DNA of 32,213 nucleotides from a virus (Duplodnaviria; Heunggongvirae; Uroviricota; Caudoviricetes): IMG/VR virus record IMGVR_UViG_2541047852_000002; one strand, 5' to 3'. Shown piece by piece: positions 1 to 9,218 of this stretch (position 1 is its first letter; each line of letters starts with the position of its first letter). The notes under the pieces were generated by a model. It saw only the letters and a program-made list of their open reading frames with translations, ran no database searches and was not told where the DNA came from. The position numbers and the translations under genes were made by a program.

Positions 1-891
1 TCAGGCTGCCAGATCATCGTTTCCGATGGAAGCATAATAAGCTTTTTCTGCTTCTGCCGGAGGAGTATGGCCCAGCCTTTCCAGCAATCGTCGATTGTTA
101 TACCAGTCCACCCACGTGAGTGTGGCCAGTTCCACTTCTGCACGGTTTTTCCAGCTCTTACGGTGTATTACCTCCGCTTTGTAAAGACCATTGATGCTCT
201 CCGCCATCGCGTTGTCATACGAGTCGCCTGTACTTCCTGTTGATGCCAGTAATCCGGCTTCCTTAAGCCGCTGTGTGTAGGCCAGCGATACATACTGAGA
301 ACCTTTATCACTGTGATGGACCGTGCCGGACGGTCGACGGGCCCATAACGCCTGCTCCAGTGCATCCAGCACGAATGTCGTTTCCATGGACGATGAGACC
401 CGCCACCCCACGATGTATCCGGCAAACACATCAATGATGAACGCCACATAGACGAAGCCCCGCCATGTGCTGACGTAAGTAAAATCAGCCACCCACAGCT
501 GGTCAGGTCGTTCTGCCACGAACTGACGGTTTACGCGGTCGCCTGCGGCAACGGCTTTCCGGCTGATGGTCGTACGGACCTTTTTACCCCGGAGAACACC
601 GGCAAGTCCCATAACCGCCATGAGACGTGCCACAGTGCATCTGGCCACTCTGATACCTTCCCGTAACAACTGACGCCAGACTTTACGCACACCGTATACC
701 TTGTGATTTTCATCGTATACGCGCTGTATCTCTTTCTTCAGCCAGTCATCGCGCTGCGCACGGGCACTGCGTTTATCCGGATGATGTCGCTGTTGCTGAC
801 AGTGGTAATACGTTGACGGGGCAATATGCAGTTCGCTGCATAGCGGTCCGACCCCGTACTGCTCACGCAGCTTATCCAGCAGTGGCATCAT
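1..891 (-). CDS. IS3-family transposase OrfB (DDE integrase-like catalytic subunit)
   Basis: 296-aa ORF recognised as IS3-group OrfB; overlaps OrfA by 4 nt next to an A6 run, the usual -1 frameshift arrangement. Confidence 0.93.
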   Translation of the reverse strand: MMPLLDKLREQYGVGPLCSELHIAPSTYYHCQQQRHHPDKRSARAQRDDWLKKEIQRVYDENHKVYGVRKVWRQLLREGIRVARCTVARLMAVMGLAGVLRGKKVRTTISRKAVAAGDRVNRQFVAERPDQLWVADFTYVSTWRGFVYVAFIIDVFAGYIVGWRVSSSMETTFVLDALEQALWARRPSGTVHHSDKGSQYVSLAYTQRLKEAGLLASTGSTGDSYDNAMAESINGLYKAEVIHRKSWKNRAEVELATLTWVDWYNNRRLLERLGHTPPAEAEKAYYASIGNDDLAA

Positions 892-1214
892 TTTTTCCAG
901 AGGCGGTCGAACTCCGCCTTCGCAAAATAAGCGGAAGCCTGGCGAAGGATATCGTTACTGCGGCGCAGTTCACGATTTTCACGTTCCAGCTCTTTCAGAC
1001 GCTGACGTTCAGCGGTGGTGAGCCCTCCATCACCGCCCCCGGTATCCCGCTCATGCTGGCGAACCCAGACACGCAGAGTCTCCGGCGTACAGCCAATCTT
1101 TGGAGCAATGGAACAAATTGTCGCCCATTGTGAGTCATATTCGCTCTGACTTTCCAGAACCATACGGACTGCCCGTTGACGGACTTCGGGGGAAAAACGA
1201 GTATTTTTAGTCAT
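888..1214 (-). CDS. IS3-family transposase OrfA (DNA-binding subunit)
   Basis: 108-aa [22 protein letters not shown]... with leucine-zipper-like C-terminus; sits 54 bp inside the IS end. Confidence 0.93.
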   Translation of the reverse strand: MTKNTRFSPEVRQRAVRMVLESQSEYDSQWATICSIAPKIGCTPETLRVWVRQHERDTGGGDGGLTTAERQRLKELERENRELRRSNDILRQASAYFAKAEFDRLWKK

Positions 1215-1270
1215 CCTGTTTACCTCTTTCTCAGGAAGTTTAGTCTCCAGGATTCCCGGGGCGGTTCAGG

Positions 1271-1594
1271 GTGAAGGAACTGTGTCAGCATTGTCATGGC
1301 AAGGGAGAAGTCAGCACGGCGTGCAGAGGGTGTAAGGGTAAAGGTATTGTCCTGGATGAAAAAAGAACCCGGCTTCATGGCACGCCTGTTTATAAGACTT
1401 GTGGGCGTTGCAATGGAAACCGGTTTAGCCGTTTACCGACTACACTGGCACGACGTCATGTCCAGAAGCTGGTTCCAGACCTGACTGATTATCAGTGGTA
1501 CAAAGGATATGCAGACGTAATTGATAAACTAGTAACAAAGTGCTGGCAGGAAGAAGCATATGCTGAAACACAATTGAGAAAGGTGACGAGATAA
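1271..1594 (+). pseudogene. 3' fragment of a putative late antiterminator (Q-like) gene, 5' end removed by IS629
   Basis: Reading frame opens 3 nt after the IS end with no internal Met; three CxxCxGxG zinc-finger-like motifs; followed by promoter-like and terminator elements and the lysis cassette. Identity as Q is inferred from position. Confidence 0.4.
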
Positions 1595-1625
1595 GTGATT
1601 TTCGCCGAAGATAGTGACATGAAGC

Positions 1626-1654
1626 TTGCATTTTTCAAAAAATATGGATAAGAT
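1626..1654 (+). promoter_or_regulatory. pR'-like late promoter candidate (TTGCAT, 17-bp spacer, TAAGAT)
   Basis: Seen in sequence; lies between the Q-like ORF and a terminator about 50 nt downstream, matching the lambdoid pR'/qut/tR' layout. Confidence 0.4.
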
Positions 1655-1701
1655 TTTCTCAACGATGGGCTTTGTATGTCTGCCGTTGATAATTTTCACG
1701 A

Positions 1702-1727
1702 ACCCGCTGTTGAGCGGGTTTTTATTT
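1702..1727 (+). terminator. tR'-like rho-independent terminator
   Basis: Stem ACCCGCT/AGCGGGT with loop GTTG followed by TTTTTATTT. Confidence 0.6.
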
Positions 1728-1779
1728 ACTTGTACTGAAACACATTATATAACCTCATATCAGTTAAAAAGGAGGTTGT

Positions 1780-2115
1780 ATGATTAATGCCGTTGAGTAC
1801 AGATTACCGTTAGGAAATATCTCTCCAGAGAATCTTGACGCGTTGTCAGAACTTATCGTTAAGCATTCCGATAAATTTAATAACTATGTACTTAGTTCTA
1901 TTTCTGATGATGATATTCGATATTCTTACGATTACTACAATTTTGAAATCACAGAGATAGATGAATATGGGTTTCACTTTATAGCACCATATAGCTATTA
2001 TGAAGGATGCGTTGACAATAACTTCTCAGGAGAGGTTGAAGGTTATGCAGAATACGAAATTATTGATAATGAATTAGTCTTCTCTCTTGAGGAACTACCT
2101 TGGGATGTAAAATAA
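1780..2115 (+). CDS. hypothetical small, strongly acidic, Tyr-rich protein (moron between late control region and lysis genes)
   Basis: Strong SD (AAAAGGAGG) 6 nt upstream of ATG; AT-rich relative to flanks; about 24 Asp/Glu against 7 basic residues; own terminator downstream. Confidence 0.6.
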   Translation: MINAVEYRLPLGNISPENLDALSELIVKHSDKFNNYVLSSISDDDIRYSYDYYNFEITEIDEYGFHFIAPYSYYEGCVDNNFSGEVEGYAEYEIIDNELVFSLEELPWDVK

Positions 2116-2126
2116 ATATCAATAAT

Positions 2127-2158
2127 AAAGGCCGTAACGAACGGCCTTTATTATTATA
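2127..2158 (+). terminator. rho-independent terminator
   Basis: Stem AAAGGCCGT/ACGGCCTTT with loop AACGA, then T-rich tract. Confidence 0.6.
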
Positions 2159-2167
2159 AAATCATCA

Positions 2168-2572
2168 ATGCCTGATGAATTAGAATGTAATTTTCGAATT
2201 AATAATAAATCAACATATCATTTCACGCTCCGATTTTCTGTCGGAGGCGAAACTGCGGCTATTCATATGCACGAAAAAGAGAATCTTGCCGGAGCGTTCT
2301 GGCTTGTTTTGCTGATCATCGCAGGTTGGGGGGGGCTTGTCCGTTACCTGATTGATGTGAAGCAGAGTAAAGCAACGTGGAGCTGGATAAATGCCCTCGC
2401 TCAGATAGTTGTATCAGGATTCACCGGTGTTATTGGTGGCCTAATCAGTATCGAAAGTGGATTCAGTATTTACATGATTCTCGCAACTGCGGGGATTAGT
2501 GGTGCGATGGGTTCGGTTGCACTGACGTACTTCTGGGAACGACTGACAGGGGTGAAAAATGCAAAATCTTAA
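2168..2572 (+). CDS. phage holin (three predicted TM segments); true start uncertain, possibly internal Met at 2267
   Basis: Three hydrophobic helices and a charged C-tail; stop overlaps the endolysin start. Confidence 0.7.
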   Translation: MPDELECNFRINNKSTYHFTLRFSVGGETAAIHMHEKENLAGAFWLVLLIIAGWGGLVRYLIDVKQSKATWSWINALAQIVVSGFTGVIGGLISIESGFSIYMILATAGISGAMGSVALTYFWERLTGVKNAKS

Positions 2573-3035
2573 TCCTCAGCGTAAAGCTTTCCTCGATATG
2601 GTGGCCTGGTCAGAAGGAACGGATAATGGGCTACAACCGACACGTAATCATGGTTATGACGTCATTGTGGGCGGAGAAATATTCACTGATTACTCCGATC
2701 ACCCTCGCAGACTTGTCACGCTAAACCCAAAACTCAAATCAACGGCTGCCGGGCGCTACCAGCTTCTTTCCCGCTGGTGGGATGCATACCGTAAACAGCT
2801 TGGACTGAAAGACTTCTCTCCAAAAAGCCAGGATGCTGTTGCACTGCAGCAGATTAAAGAGCGTGGTGCTTTACCGATGATTGATCGCGGTGATATTCGT
2901 CAGGCTATCGACCGTTGCAGCAATATCTGGGCTTCACTGCCGGGAGCTGGTTATGGTCAGTTTGAGCATAAGGCTGACAGCCTGATTGCAAAATTCAAAG
3001 AAGCCGGCGGAACGGTCAAAGAGATTCAGGTATGA
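2559..3035 (+). CDS. R: endolysin, lambda R-like lytic transglycosylase
   Basis: 158 aa, near-identical in length and sequence pattern to lambda R as recalled from memory ([17 protein letters not shown]...HGYDVIVGG). Confidence 0.9.
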   Translation: MQNLNPQRKAFLDMVAWSEGTDNGLQPTRNHGYDVIVGGEIFTDYSDHPRRLVTLNPKLKSTAAGRYQLLSRWWDAYRKQLGLKDFSPKSQDAVALQQIKERGALPMIDRGDIRQAIDRCSNIWASLPGAGYGQFEHKADSLIAKFKEAGGTVKEIQV

Positions 3036-3469
3036 GCAGAGTAACGGTGATTATATCCGCTCTGGTTATCTGCATCATCGTCTGCTTGTCATGGGCTGTT
3101 GATAATTACCGTGATGACGCCATCGTCTACAAAGTACAGCGCGATAAAGCCACATCCATCATCGCTGATATGCAGAAGCGTCAACGTAATGTAGCTGAAC
3201 TCGATGCCAGATATACAAAGGAGCTTGCTGATGCTAATGCGACTATCGAAAGTCTTCGTGCTGATGTTTCTGCTGGGCATAAGCGCCTGCAAGTCGCCGC
3301 CACCTGTACAAAGTCAACGACCGGAGCCAGCGGCATGGGCGATGGAGAAAGCCCTAGACTTACAGCAGATGCTGAACTCCATTATTACCGTCTCCGAAGT
3401 GGAATCGACAAGATAACCTCACAGGTCAATTACTTGCAGGAGTATATCAGGACGCAATGTCCCAACTAA
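3032..3469 (+). CDS. Rz: i-spanin, lambda Rz-like
   Basis: N-terminal TM helix [22 protein letters not shown], coiled-coil body, position after endolysin. Confidence 0.85.
   Translation: MSRVTVIISALVICIIVCLSWAVDNYRDDAIVYKVQRDKATSIIADMQKRQRNVAELDARYTKELADANATIESLRADVSAGHKRLQVAATCTKSTTGASGMGDGESPRLTADAELHYYRLRSGIDKITSQVNYLQEYIRTQCPN
3231..3416 (+). CDS. Rz1: o-spanin lipoprotein, Rz1-like, embedded in +1 frame within Rz
   Basis: SD AAGGAG 7 nt upstream of ATG 3231; signal peptide with lipobox (LLGISAC); Pro-rich mature part. The ORF track starts earlier at 3204. Confidence 0.75.
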   Translation: MLMRLSKVFVLMFLLGISACKSPPPVQSQRPEPAAWAMEKALDLQQMLNSIITVSEVESTR

Positions 3470-3539
3470 TCACATTTTGAGGATATTTAACGTCTATGCT
3501 TTAATGATTTTATTCATTGTTTTATAATCGCGAAGAATA

Positions 3540-3791
3540 ATGATGAACTTGGCAAAGGATATGATTATGCGTATTAAACCTCAAGATTTTAAGTTTGATG
3601 TGTTGACTGTTGCTGGTTACGCTAACCCTAAAGCTAAAACACATTTCGCACCTTCTGCTTCTGGATTTAATTTTAAATGGGAGTGGGAAGGGAAAATTTA
3701 TGAGCTTCATATCGAGCAAGAAAAATTACAGTACCCTGATTTTATTCTTGAACGACTTTTTGATGCCGCAATTGAGATGGCTAAAAAATGA
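3540..3791 (+). CDS. hypothetical protein (AT-rich moron)
   Basis: ORF in markedly AT-rich DNA after the spanins; start uncertain (ATGs at 3540, 3561, 3567). Confidence 0.45.
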   Translation: MMNLAKDMIMRIKPQDFKFDVLTVAGYANPKAKTHFAPSASGFNFKWEWEGKIYELHIEQEKLQYPDFILERLFDAAIEMAKK

Positions 3792-3897
3792 CAAAAATCA
3801 CCGGATGGGGTTTTTGTTTATAGATATTCACACATAGCCCTTGCATCTAGAACAGAAAATCTTGTCATGGCGCGGGGCTATGTTAGCAAAAATTTAT

Positions 3898-4338
3898 TTA
3901 ATAGGATATTTTGTTTGCAGATTTAAGCTCTTTAAGAGTAGCGTCAAGTATATGTAAAAATAGAGAAGTGTCGCCATACTCATAATGTGGCTCGGATTTG
4001 TATTCTCTAATATAAATAAATCCACCTTTGGATAAAAATAAATCAATCAGCTCGTTGTTATTTTCATCGGTTGGGTCAATGGCAGCAAACTTCAATACAG
4101 GAGCTTCATCAATGACTAGCAGTGTTTCTTTGAAAATAAGTTCTAGTTCATATGTTGAAAGTTTGAGGGTTAACCTATTTTTTTTATCTTTATTGAAAAT
4201 TATTGTGTCGCCAAGAAAATCGTATTCAGAGCTTGAGTCAATAATGTTATTCTTAAGTTTGAGAGATATTGCATCTAAAGCCTTTTTATGCTCTGCGCAC
4301 TTAACAACTTTATGAACATCTAAACTGGGGATACTCAT
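3898..4338 (-). CDS. hypothetical protein (AT-rich moron), 146 aa
   Basis: SD AGGTGG 7 nt upstream of ATG at 4338 (track ORF extends to 4401); low GC; convergent with 3540-3791. Confidence 0.55.
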   Translation of the reverse strand: MSIPSLDVHKVVKCAEHKKALDAISLKLKNNIIDSSSEYDFLGDTIIFNKDKKNRLTLKLSTYELELIFKETLLVIDEAPVLKFAAIDPTDENNNELIDLFLSKGGFIYIREYKSEPHYEYGDTSLFLHILDATLKELKSANKISY

Positions 4339-4440
4339 AATACAACCACCTATGTAAGAACTAAAGAGCATTGAGTCTATGTGATTAATATCAAGACCCA
4401 ATTAAATTTTTTAAATTATTAGAGTTAGATCCCACTTTAA

Positions 4441-4791
4441 ATGCCCCCACGAACCCCAAAAGCCTGCCGCGTTCGCGGCTGCCGCCAAACCACCACTGAT
4501 CCGTCAGGCTATTGTGAAAGCCACAAAAGCGAAGGCTGGAAACAATACAAGCCAGGACAATCCCGTCACCAGCGCGGCTACGGTTCGAAGTGGGATGTTA
4601 TCCGCGCGCGCGTGCTGAAGCGTGACAAAGGCCTGTGTCAGTTGTGCCTGCATGTCGGTGTGGTGCGTGAGGCGAAAACCGTTGACCACATCATCCCTAA
4701 AGCGCATGGCGGCACTGATGCAGACTGCAATCTGCAGAGCCTGTGCTGGCCGTGTCATAAGGCGAAGACGGCCCGTGAACGACTGAAGTGA
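4441..4791 (+). CDS. phage-associated HNH endonuclease
   Basis: Cys-rich N-terminus, H-N-H core (VDHIIP...H...N...CWPCH); directly upstream of terminase genes as in HK97-like phages. Confidence 0.85.
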   Translation: MPPRTPKACRVRGCRQTTTDPSGYCESHKSEGWKQYKPGQSRHQRGYGSKWDVIRARVLKRDKGLCQLCLHVGVVREAKTVDHIIPKAHGGTDADCNLQSLCWPCHKAKTARERLK

Positions 4792-4916
4792 TAATAATTC
4801 TCAACTTTCTGAGGGGAGGGGCGGGTCAAATCCCTGTGACCTGACGTCTTCCGGACTGCCCGCCCCATCGTTTTTTTATACCCGCGAAAAATGAAATTTA
4901 ACCAGGAGTGCCGCAT

Positions 4917-5411
4917 ATGGCTGGAACGGCGGGGCGTTCCGGGCGTCGCCCCAAGCCAACGGCGCGCAAGGCGCTGGCCGGAAACCCCGGCAAGCGAGCC
5001 CTGAACAAAGATGAACCTGTTTTTACGCCCATCAAAGGTGTTGAGCCACCGGAGTGGTTCGCTGAAGAAGATCTCCCTCTCGCCACGATCATGTGGCAAC
5101 TGACAACCAAAGAACTCTGCGGTCAGGGCCTGCTGTGCGTGACTGACCTCGCGGTGCTTGAGCGGTGGTGCGTGGCCTATGAGTTCTGGCGACGTGCTGT
5201 GAAAAATATTGCCATACAGGGCAATACCATCACCGGCGCAATGGGCGGCAGGGTCAAAAATCCGGAGCTGACAGCCAAAAAAGAACAGGAGTCCGAGATG
5301 AGCAGCACGGGGGCAATGCTCGGACTCGACCCCAGCAGCCGTCAGCGTCTGATTGGCCTAGCGGGGCAGAAGAAAGCCACTAACCCGTTTCTGAAAATCA
5401 TCGAATCATGA
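4917..5411 (+). CDS. terminase small subunit
   Basis: SD AGGAG 9 nt upstream of ATG 4917 (track begins at GTG 4908); basic N-terminus; overlaps the large subunit start. Confidence 0.8.
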   Translation: MAGTAGRSGRRPKPTARKALAGNPGKRALNKDEPVFTPIKGVEPPEWFAEEDLPLATIMWQLTTKELCGQGLLCVTDLAVLERWCVAYEFWRRAVKNIAIQGNTITGAMGGRVKNPELTAKKEQESEMSSTGAMLGLDPSSRQRLIGLAGQKKATNPFLKIIES

Positions 5412-7141
5412 GCCGGAAATCTTACCCCAACGTAAATGCTGCCAATCAGTATGCCCGGGATGTCGTGCGCGGAAAGATTGTGGCCTGCCAGTTTGTGATT
5501 CAGGCCTGCCAGCGCCATCTTGATGACCTGATGGCGGAAAAAAGTAAGTCGTTTCGTTACCGCTTCGACAAGGACCTGGCTGAACGGGCCGCCAAATTTA
5601 TTCAGCTGTTGCCGCACACCAAGGGTGAGTGGGCATTTAAGAGGATGCCCATCACGCTGGAGCCGTGGCAGCTCTTTGTGATCTGCTGCGCGTTTGGCTG
5701 GGTCAATAAAGGCTCCCGGCTGCGCCGCTTCCGGGAGGTGTATACCGAAATCCCCCGTAAGAACGGCAAATCGGCAATCTCTGCCGGTGTTGCCCTGTAT
5801 TGTTTTGCCTGTGATAACGAGTTTGGCGCGGAAGTGTATTCCGGTGCCACGACAGAGAAACAGGCGTGGGAAGTCTTTCGCCCGGCTCGACTGATGTGTA
5901 AACGCACACCCATGCTGACGGAAGCGTTCGGGATTGAGGTTAACGCCTCAAACATGAACCGTCCGGAGGATGGCGCGCGGTTTGAACCGCTGATCGGTAA
6001 CCCCGGTGATGGTTCATCACCCCACTGTGCGGTGGTGGATGAATATCACGAGCACGCCACCGATGCGCTTTACACCACGATGCTTACCGGGATGGGGGCG
6101 CGACGTCAGCCACTGATGTGGGCTATCACCACCGCCGGGTACAACATTGAGGGGCCGTGCTACGACAAGCGGCGGGAAGTCATCGAGATGCTCAATGGCT
6201 CGGTGCCTAACGATGAACTGTTCGGGATCATCTATACCGTTGATGAAGGTGACGACTGGACCGACCCGCAGGTGCTGGAAAAAGCCAATCCAAATATTGG
6301 CGTGTCGGTTTATCGCGAATTTTTGTTAAGTCAGCAGCAGCGTGCGAAAAATAACGCCCGTCTGGCAAACGTCTTTAAAACAAAACACCTCAATATCTGG
6401 GTGTCGGCGCGTTCGGCGTATTTCAACCTGGTGAGCTGGCAGAGCTGCGAGGATAAATCACTGACCCTTGAGCAGTTCGAGGGGCAGCCGTGCATTCTGG
6501 CCTTTGACCTGGCGCGTAAGCTGGATATGAACAGCATGGCGCGACTTTATACCCGCGAGATTGACGGTAAAACGCATTACTACAGTGTGGCCCCGCGTTT
6601 CTGGGTACCGTATGACACGGTGTACAGCGTCGAGAAAAATGAAGATCGACGGACAGCCGAACGCTTTCAGAAATGGGTGGAAATGGGCGTTCTGACCGTT
6701 ACCGATGGTGCGGAGGTGGATTATCGCTACATCCTCGAGGAGGCCAAAGCGGCGAACAAAATCAGCCCGGTCAGTGAGTCACCCATCGACCCCTTCGGGG
6801 CGACCGGGTTGTCACATGACCTTGCTGATGAAGACCTGAACCCCATCACTATCATTCAGAACTACACCAACATGTCCGACCCGATGAAAGAGCTGGAAGC
6901 GGCAATTGAATCGGGGCGCTTTCATCATGATGGCAATCCCATCATGACCTGGTGTATCGGCAACGTGGTCGGCAAAACCATTCCGGGTAACGATGATGTG
7001 GTGAAACCCGTCAAAGAGCAGGCGGAAAACAAAATCGATGGTGCAGTTGCGCTGATTATGGCGGTTGGCAGAGCCATGTTGTACGAGAAAGAAGACACGC
7101 TGTCTGACCACATTGAGTCCTACGGGATCCGCTCGCTTTAA
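5408..7141 (+). CDS. terminase large subunit
   Basis: 577 aa, position and size typical; ATPase and nuclease halves. Confidence 0.9.
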   Translation: MSRKSYPNVNAANQYARDVVRGKIVACQFVIQACQRHLDDLMAEKSKSFRYRFDKDLAERAAKFIQLLPHTKGEWAFKRMPITLEPWQLFVICCAFGWVNKGSRLRRFREVYTEIPRKNGKSAISAGVALYCFACDNEFGAEVYSGATTEKQAWEVFRPARLMCKRTPMLTEAFGIEVNASNMNRPEDGARFEPLIGNPGDGSSPHCAVVDEYHEHATDALYTTMLTGMGARRQPLMWAITTAGYNIEGPCYDKRREVIEMLNGSVPNDELFGIIYTVDEGDDWTDPQVLEKANPNIGVSVYREFLLSQQQRAKNNARLANVFKTKHLNIWVSARSAYFNLVSWQSCEDKSLTLEQFEGQPCILAFDLARKLDMNSMARLYTREIDGKTHYYSVAPRFWVPYDTVYSVEKNEDRRTAERFQKWVEMGVLTVTDGAEVDYRYILEEAKAANKISPVSESPIDPFGATGLSHDLADEDLNPITIIQNYTNMSDPMKELEAAIESGRFHHDGNPIMTWCIGNVVGKTIPGNDDVVKPVKEQAENKIDGAVALIMAVGRAMLYEKEDTLSDHIESYGIRSL

Positions 7142-7152
7142 CTGAGGTAATT

Positions 7153-7335
7153 ATGATCATGCTGATTCTCGCGCCTCTGGTGGGCGTGCTGGGTGCGCTT
7201 TTGCTGGCATATGGTGCCTGGCTGATTTATCCCCCGGCGGGTTTTGTTGTTGCCGGGGCGCTGTGCCTGTTCTGGTCGTGGCTGGTGGCGCGATATCTCG
7301 ATCGTACACAGCTGTCTGTCGGCGGAGGTAAATAG
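7153..7335 (+). CDS. small two-helix membrane protein
   Basis: 60 aa with two hydrophobic helices, SD upstream, stop overlaps the portal GTG start. Confidence 0.5.
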   Translation: MIMLILAPLVGVLGALLLAYGAWLIYPPAGFVVAGALCLFWSWLVARYLDRTQLSVGGGK

Positions 7336-8576
7336 TGTTCTTTTCGGGATTATTTCAACGAAAAAGTGACGCGCCGGTGACCACGCCAGCAGAGCTGGCG
7401 GAGGCTATCGGGCTGTCATACGACACCTATACCGGAAAGCAGATCAGCAGCCAGCGGGCCATGCGACTGACGGCGGTTTTTTCCTGCGTCAGGGTGCTGG
7501 CAGAGTCGGTCGGGATGTTGCCCTGCAATCTGTATCACCTGAACGGCAGCCTGAAACAGAGGGCCACCGGCGAACGTCTGCATAAGCTGATCTCCACGCA
7601 TCCCAATGGCTATATGACGCCGCAGGAGTTCTGGGAGCTGGTGGTCACCTGTCTGTGCCTGCGGGGAAACTTTTACGCCTACAAAGTGAAAGCATTTGGC
7701 GAAGTGGCTGAACTGCTGCCCGTCGATCCTGGCTGTGTGGTACCGAAGCTTAACAGTAGCTGGGAGCCGGTCTATCAGGTCACATTCTCGGACGGCTCCA
7801 CGGATGTGCTGAGCCAGGAAGATATCTGGCATGTGCGCACGCTGACGCTGGACGGTCTGGTGGGGCTGAATCCCATCGCCTATGCTCGCGAGGCAATATC
7901 GCTGGCAGCTGCGACCGAAGAGCACGGGGCCAGACTGTTCAGCAATGGTGCGGTGACGTCGGGTGTGTTGCGTACAGAGCAGACGCTGTCAGATCAGGCT
8001 TACGAGCGCCTGAAGAAAGATTTTGAGGAGCGTCACACCGGGCTTGGTAATGCTCACCGCCCGATGATCCTTGAGATGGGGCTGGACTGGAAGTCGATGG
8101 CGCTGAACGCCGAGGACAGCCAGTTCCTGGAAACCCGCAAGTTTCAGCTTGAAGAAATCTGTCGTCTGTTCCGGGTGCCGTTGCACATGGTGCAGAACAC
8201 CGATCGCGCCACCTTCAACAATATTGAAGAGCTGGGGCTGGGATTTATCAACTATTCACTGGTGCCGTATCTGACCCGCATCGAGCAGCGGATCAACACC
8301 GGACTGGTTCGAAAAAGTAAGCAGGGCGTTTATTACGCCAAATTTAACGCCGGGGCGTTACTGCGCGGGGATATGAAGTCCCGTTTTGAAGCCTACGCCA
8401 CCGGGATTAACTGGGGAATTTACTCTCCCAATGACTGCCGCGACCTGGAAGATATGAATCCCCGTCCCGGTGGGGATGTCTATCTCACACCGATGAACAT
8501 GACCACGAAACCCTCCGATGGCAGTAAAGCCGGTAAGCAGAAGGATAACGCCAATGCAGACGAAACAACGTCTTGA
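7335..8576 (+). CDS. portal protein (HK97 family)
   Basis: 413 aa; GTG start after GGAGG; gene order terminase-portal-protease-capsid. Confidence 0.88.
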   Translation: MFFSGLFQRKSDAPVTTPAELAEAIGLSYDTYTGKQISSQRAMRLTAVFSCVRVLAESVGMLPCNLYHLNGSLKQRATGERLHKLISTHPNGYMTPQEFWELVVTCLCLRGNFYAYKVKAFGEVAELLPVDPGCVVPKLNSSWEPVYQVTFSDGSTDVLSQEDIWHVRTLTLDGLVGLNPIAYAREAISLAAATEEHGARLFSNGAVTSGVLRTEQTLSDQAYERLKKDFEERHTGLGNAHRPMILEMGLDWKSMALNAEDSQFLETRKFQLEEICRLFRVPLHMVQNTDRATFNNIEELGLGFINYSLVPYLTRIEQRINTGLVRKSKQGVYYAKFNAGALLRGDMKSRFEAYATGINWGIYSPNDCRDLEDMNPRPGGDVYLTPMNMTTKPSDGSKAGKQKDNANADETTS

Positions 8577-9204
8577 TGTACCGCTGAGTCTGAAATCTGT
8601 CAGTGACTCCGGTGAGTTTGAAGGGTATGGCTCCGTCTTTGGTGTAAAGGACAGCCACGATGATGTGGTGATGTCCGGGGCATTTGCTGCTTCCCTGCGG
8701 GCGTGGAGTGACAGAAAAGCGTTACCTGCGCTGCTCTGGCAGCACCGCATGGATGAACCCATCGGTGTTTACACCGAAATGAAGGAAGACGATGTCGGGC
8801 TTTACGTCAGGGGACGGTTGCTTATTGATGATGATCCCCTCGCAAAACGCGCACATGCACACATGAAGGCCGGTTCGTTAACCGGCCTTTCTATTGGGTA
8901 CGTCCTGAAAGACTGGGAATACGACCGGAGCAAAGAAGCCTTTCTGCTGAAAGAAATCGACCTCTGGGAAGTCAGCCTGGTGACGTTCCCGTCTAACGAC
9001 GAGGCGCGGATCAGCGACGTCAAGAACGCACTGGCCCGCGGGGAAATCCCCGAACAGAAAAAAATCGAAAGAGTCCTGCGTGATGTCGGACTCTCCCGTA
9101 CCCAGGCCAAAGCATTCATGGCCGGGGGCTATGGCGCACTGTCCCTGCGCGACGCTGAGGATGTGGGCTCTGCACTGAATGCACTGAAAAATCTGAACTT
9201 CTAA
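8554..9204 (+). CDS. prohead maturation protease (HK97 family)
   Basis: SD AAGGA upstream of ATG 8554 (track ORF starts 8518); recognisable HK97 prohead protease N-terminus. Confidence 0.85.
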   Translation: MQTKQRLDVPLSLKSVSDSGEFEGYGSVFGVKDSHDDVVMSGAFAASLRAWSDRKALPALLWQHRMDEPIGVYTEMKEDDVGLYVRGRLLIDDDPLAKRAHAHMKAGSLTGLSIGYVLKDWEYDRSKEAFLLKEIDLWEVSLVTFPSNDEARISDVKNALARGEIPEQKKIERVLRDVGLSRTQAKAFMAGGYGALSLRDAEDVGSALNALKNLNF

Positions 9205-9218
9205 TCAGGAGAAATACG

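Larger units (their letters stand above)
1..1268 (-). mobile_element. IS629-like insertion sequence (IS3 family), copy 1; window begins at the orfB stop, so about 42 bp of the right end lie outside
   Basis: Seen in sequence: OrfA/OrfB proteins identical to the complete copy at 28704-30013; terminal repeat TGAACCGCCCCGGG (reverse complement) ends at 1268. Established knowledge: IS629 is 1310 bp with OrfA 108 aa and OrfB 296 aa, as here. Confidence 0.9.

Noticed and set aside
168-1133. ORFs antisense to or nested within the IS629 transposase genes (168-449, 531-713, 813-1133, and mirror copies 28839-29804)
   Set aside because: Internal to a well-characterised IS whose known coding capacity is OrfA/OrfB only; duplicated identically in the second copy as expected for IS sequence.
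1780-2115. Shiga toxin or other secreted toxin at the Q-S locus
   Set aside because: The ORF is a single 111-aa acidic protein with no signal peptide and no resemblance to Stx A/B subunit organisation; only the locus position is shared.
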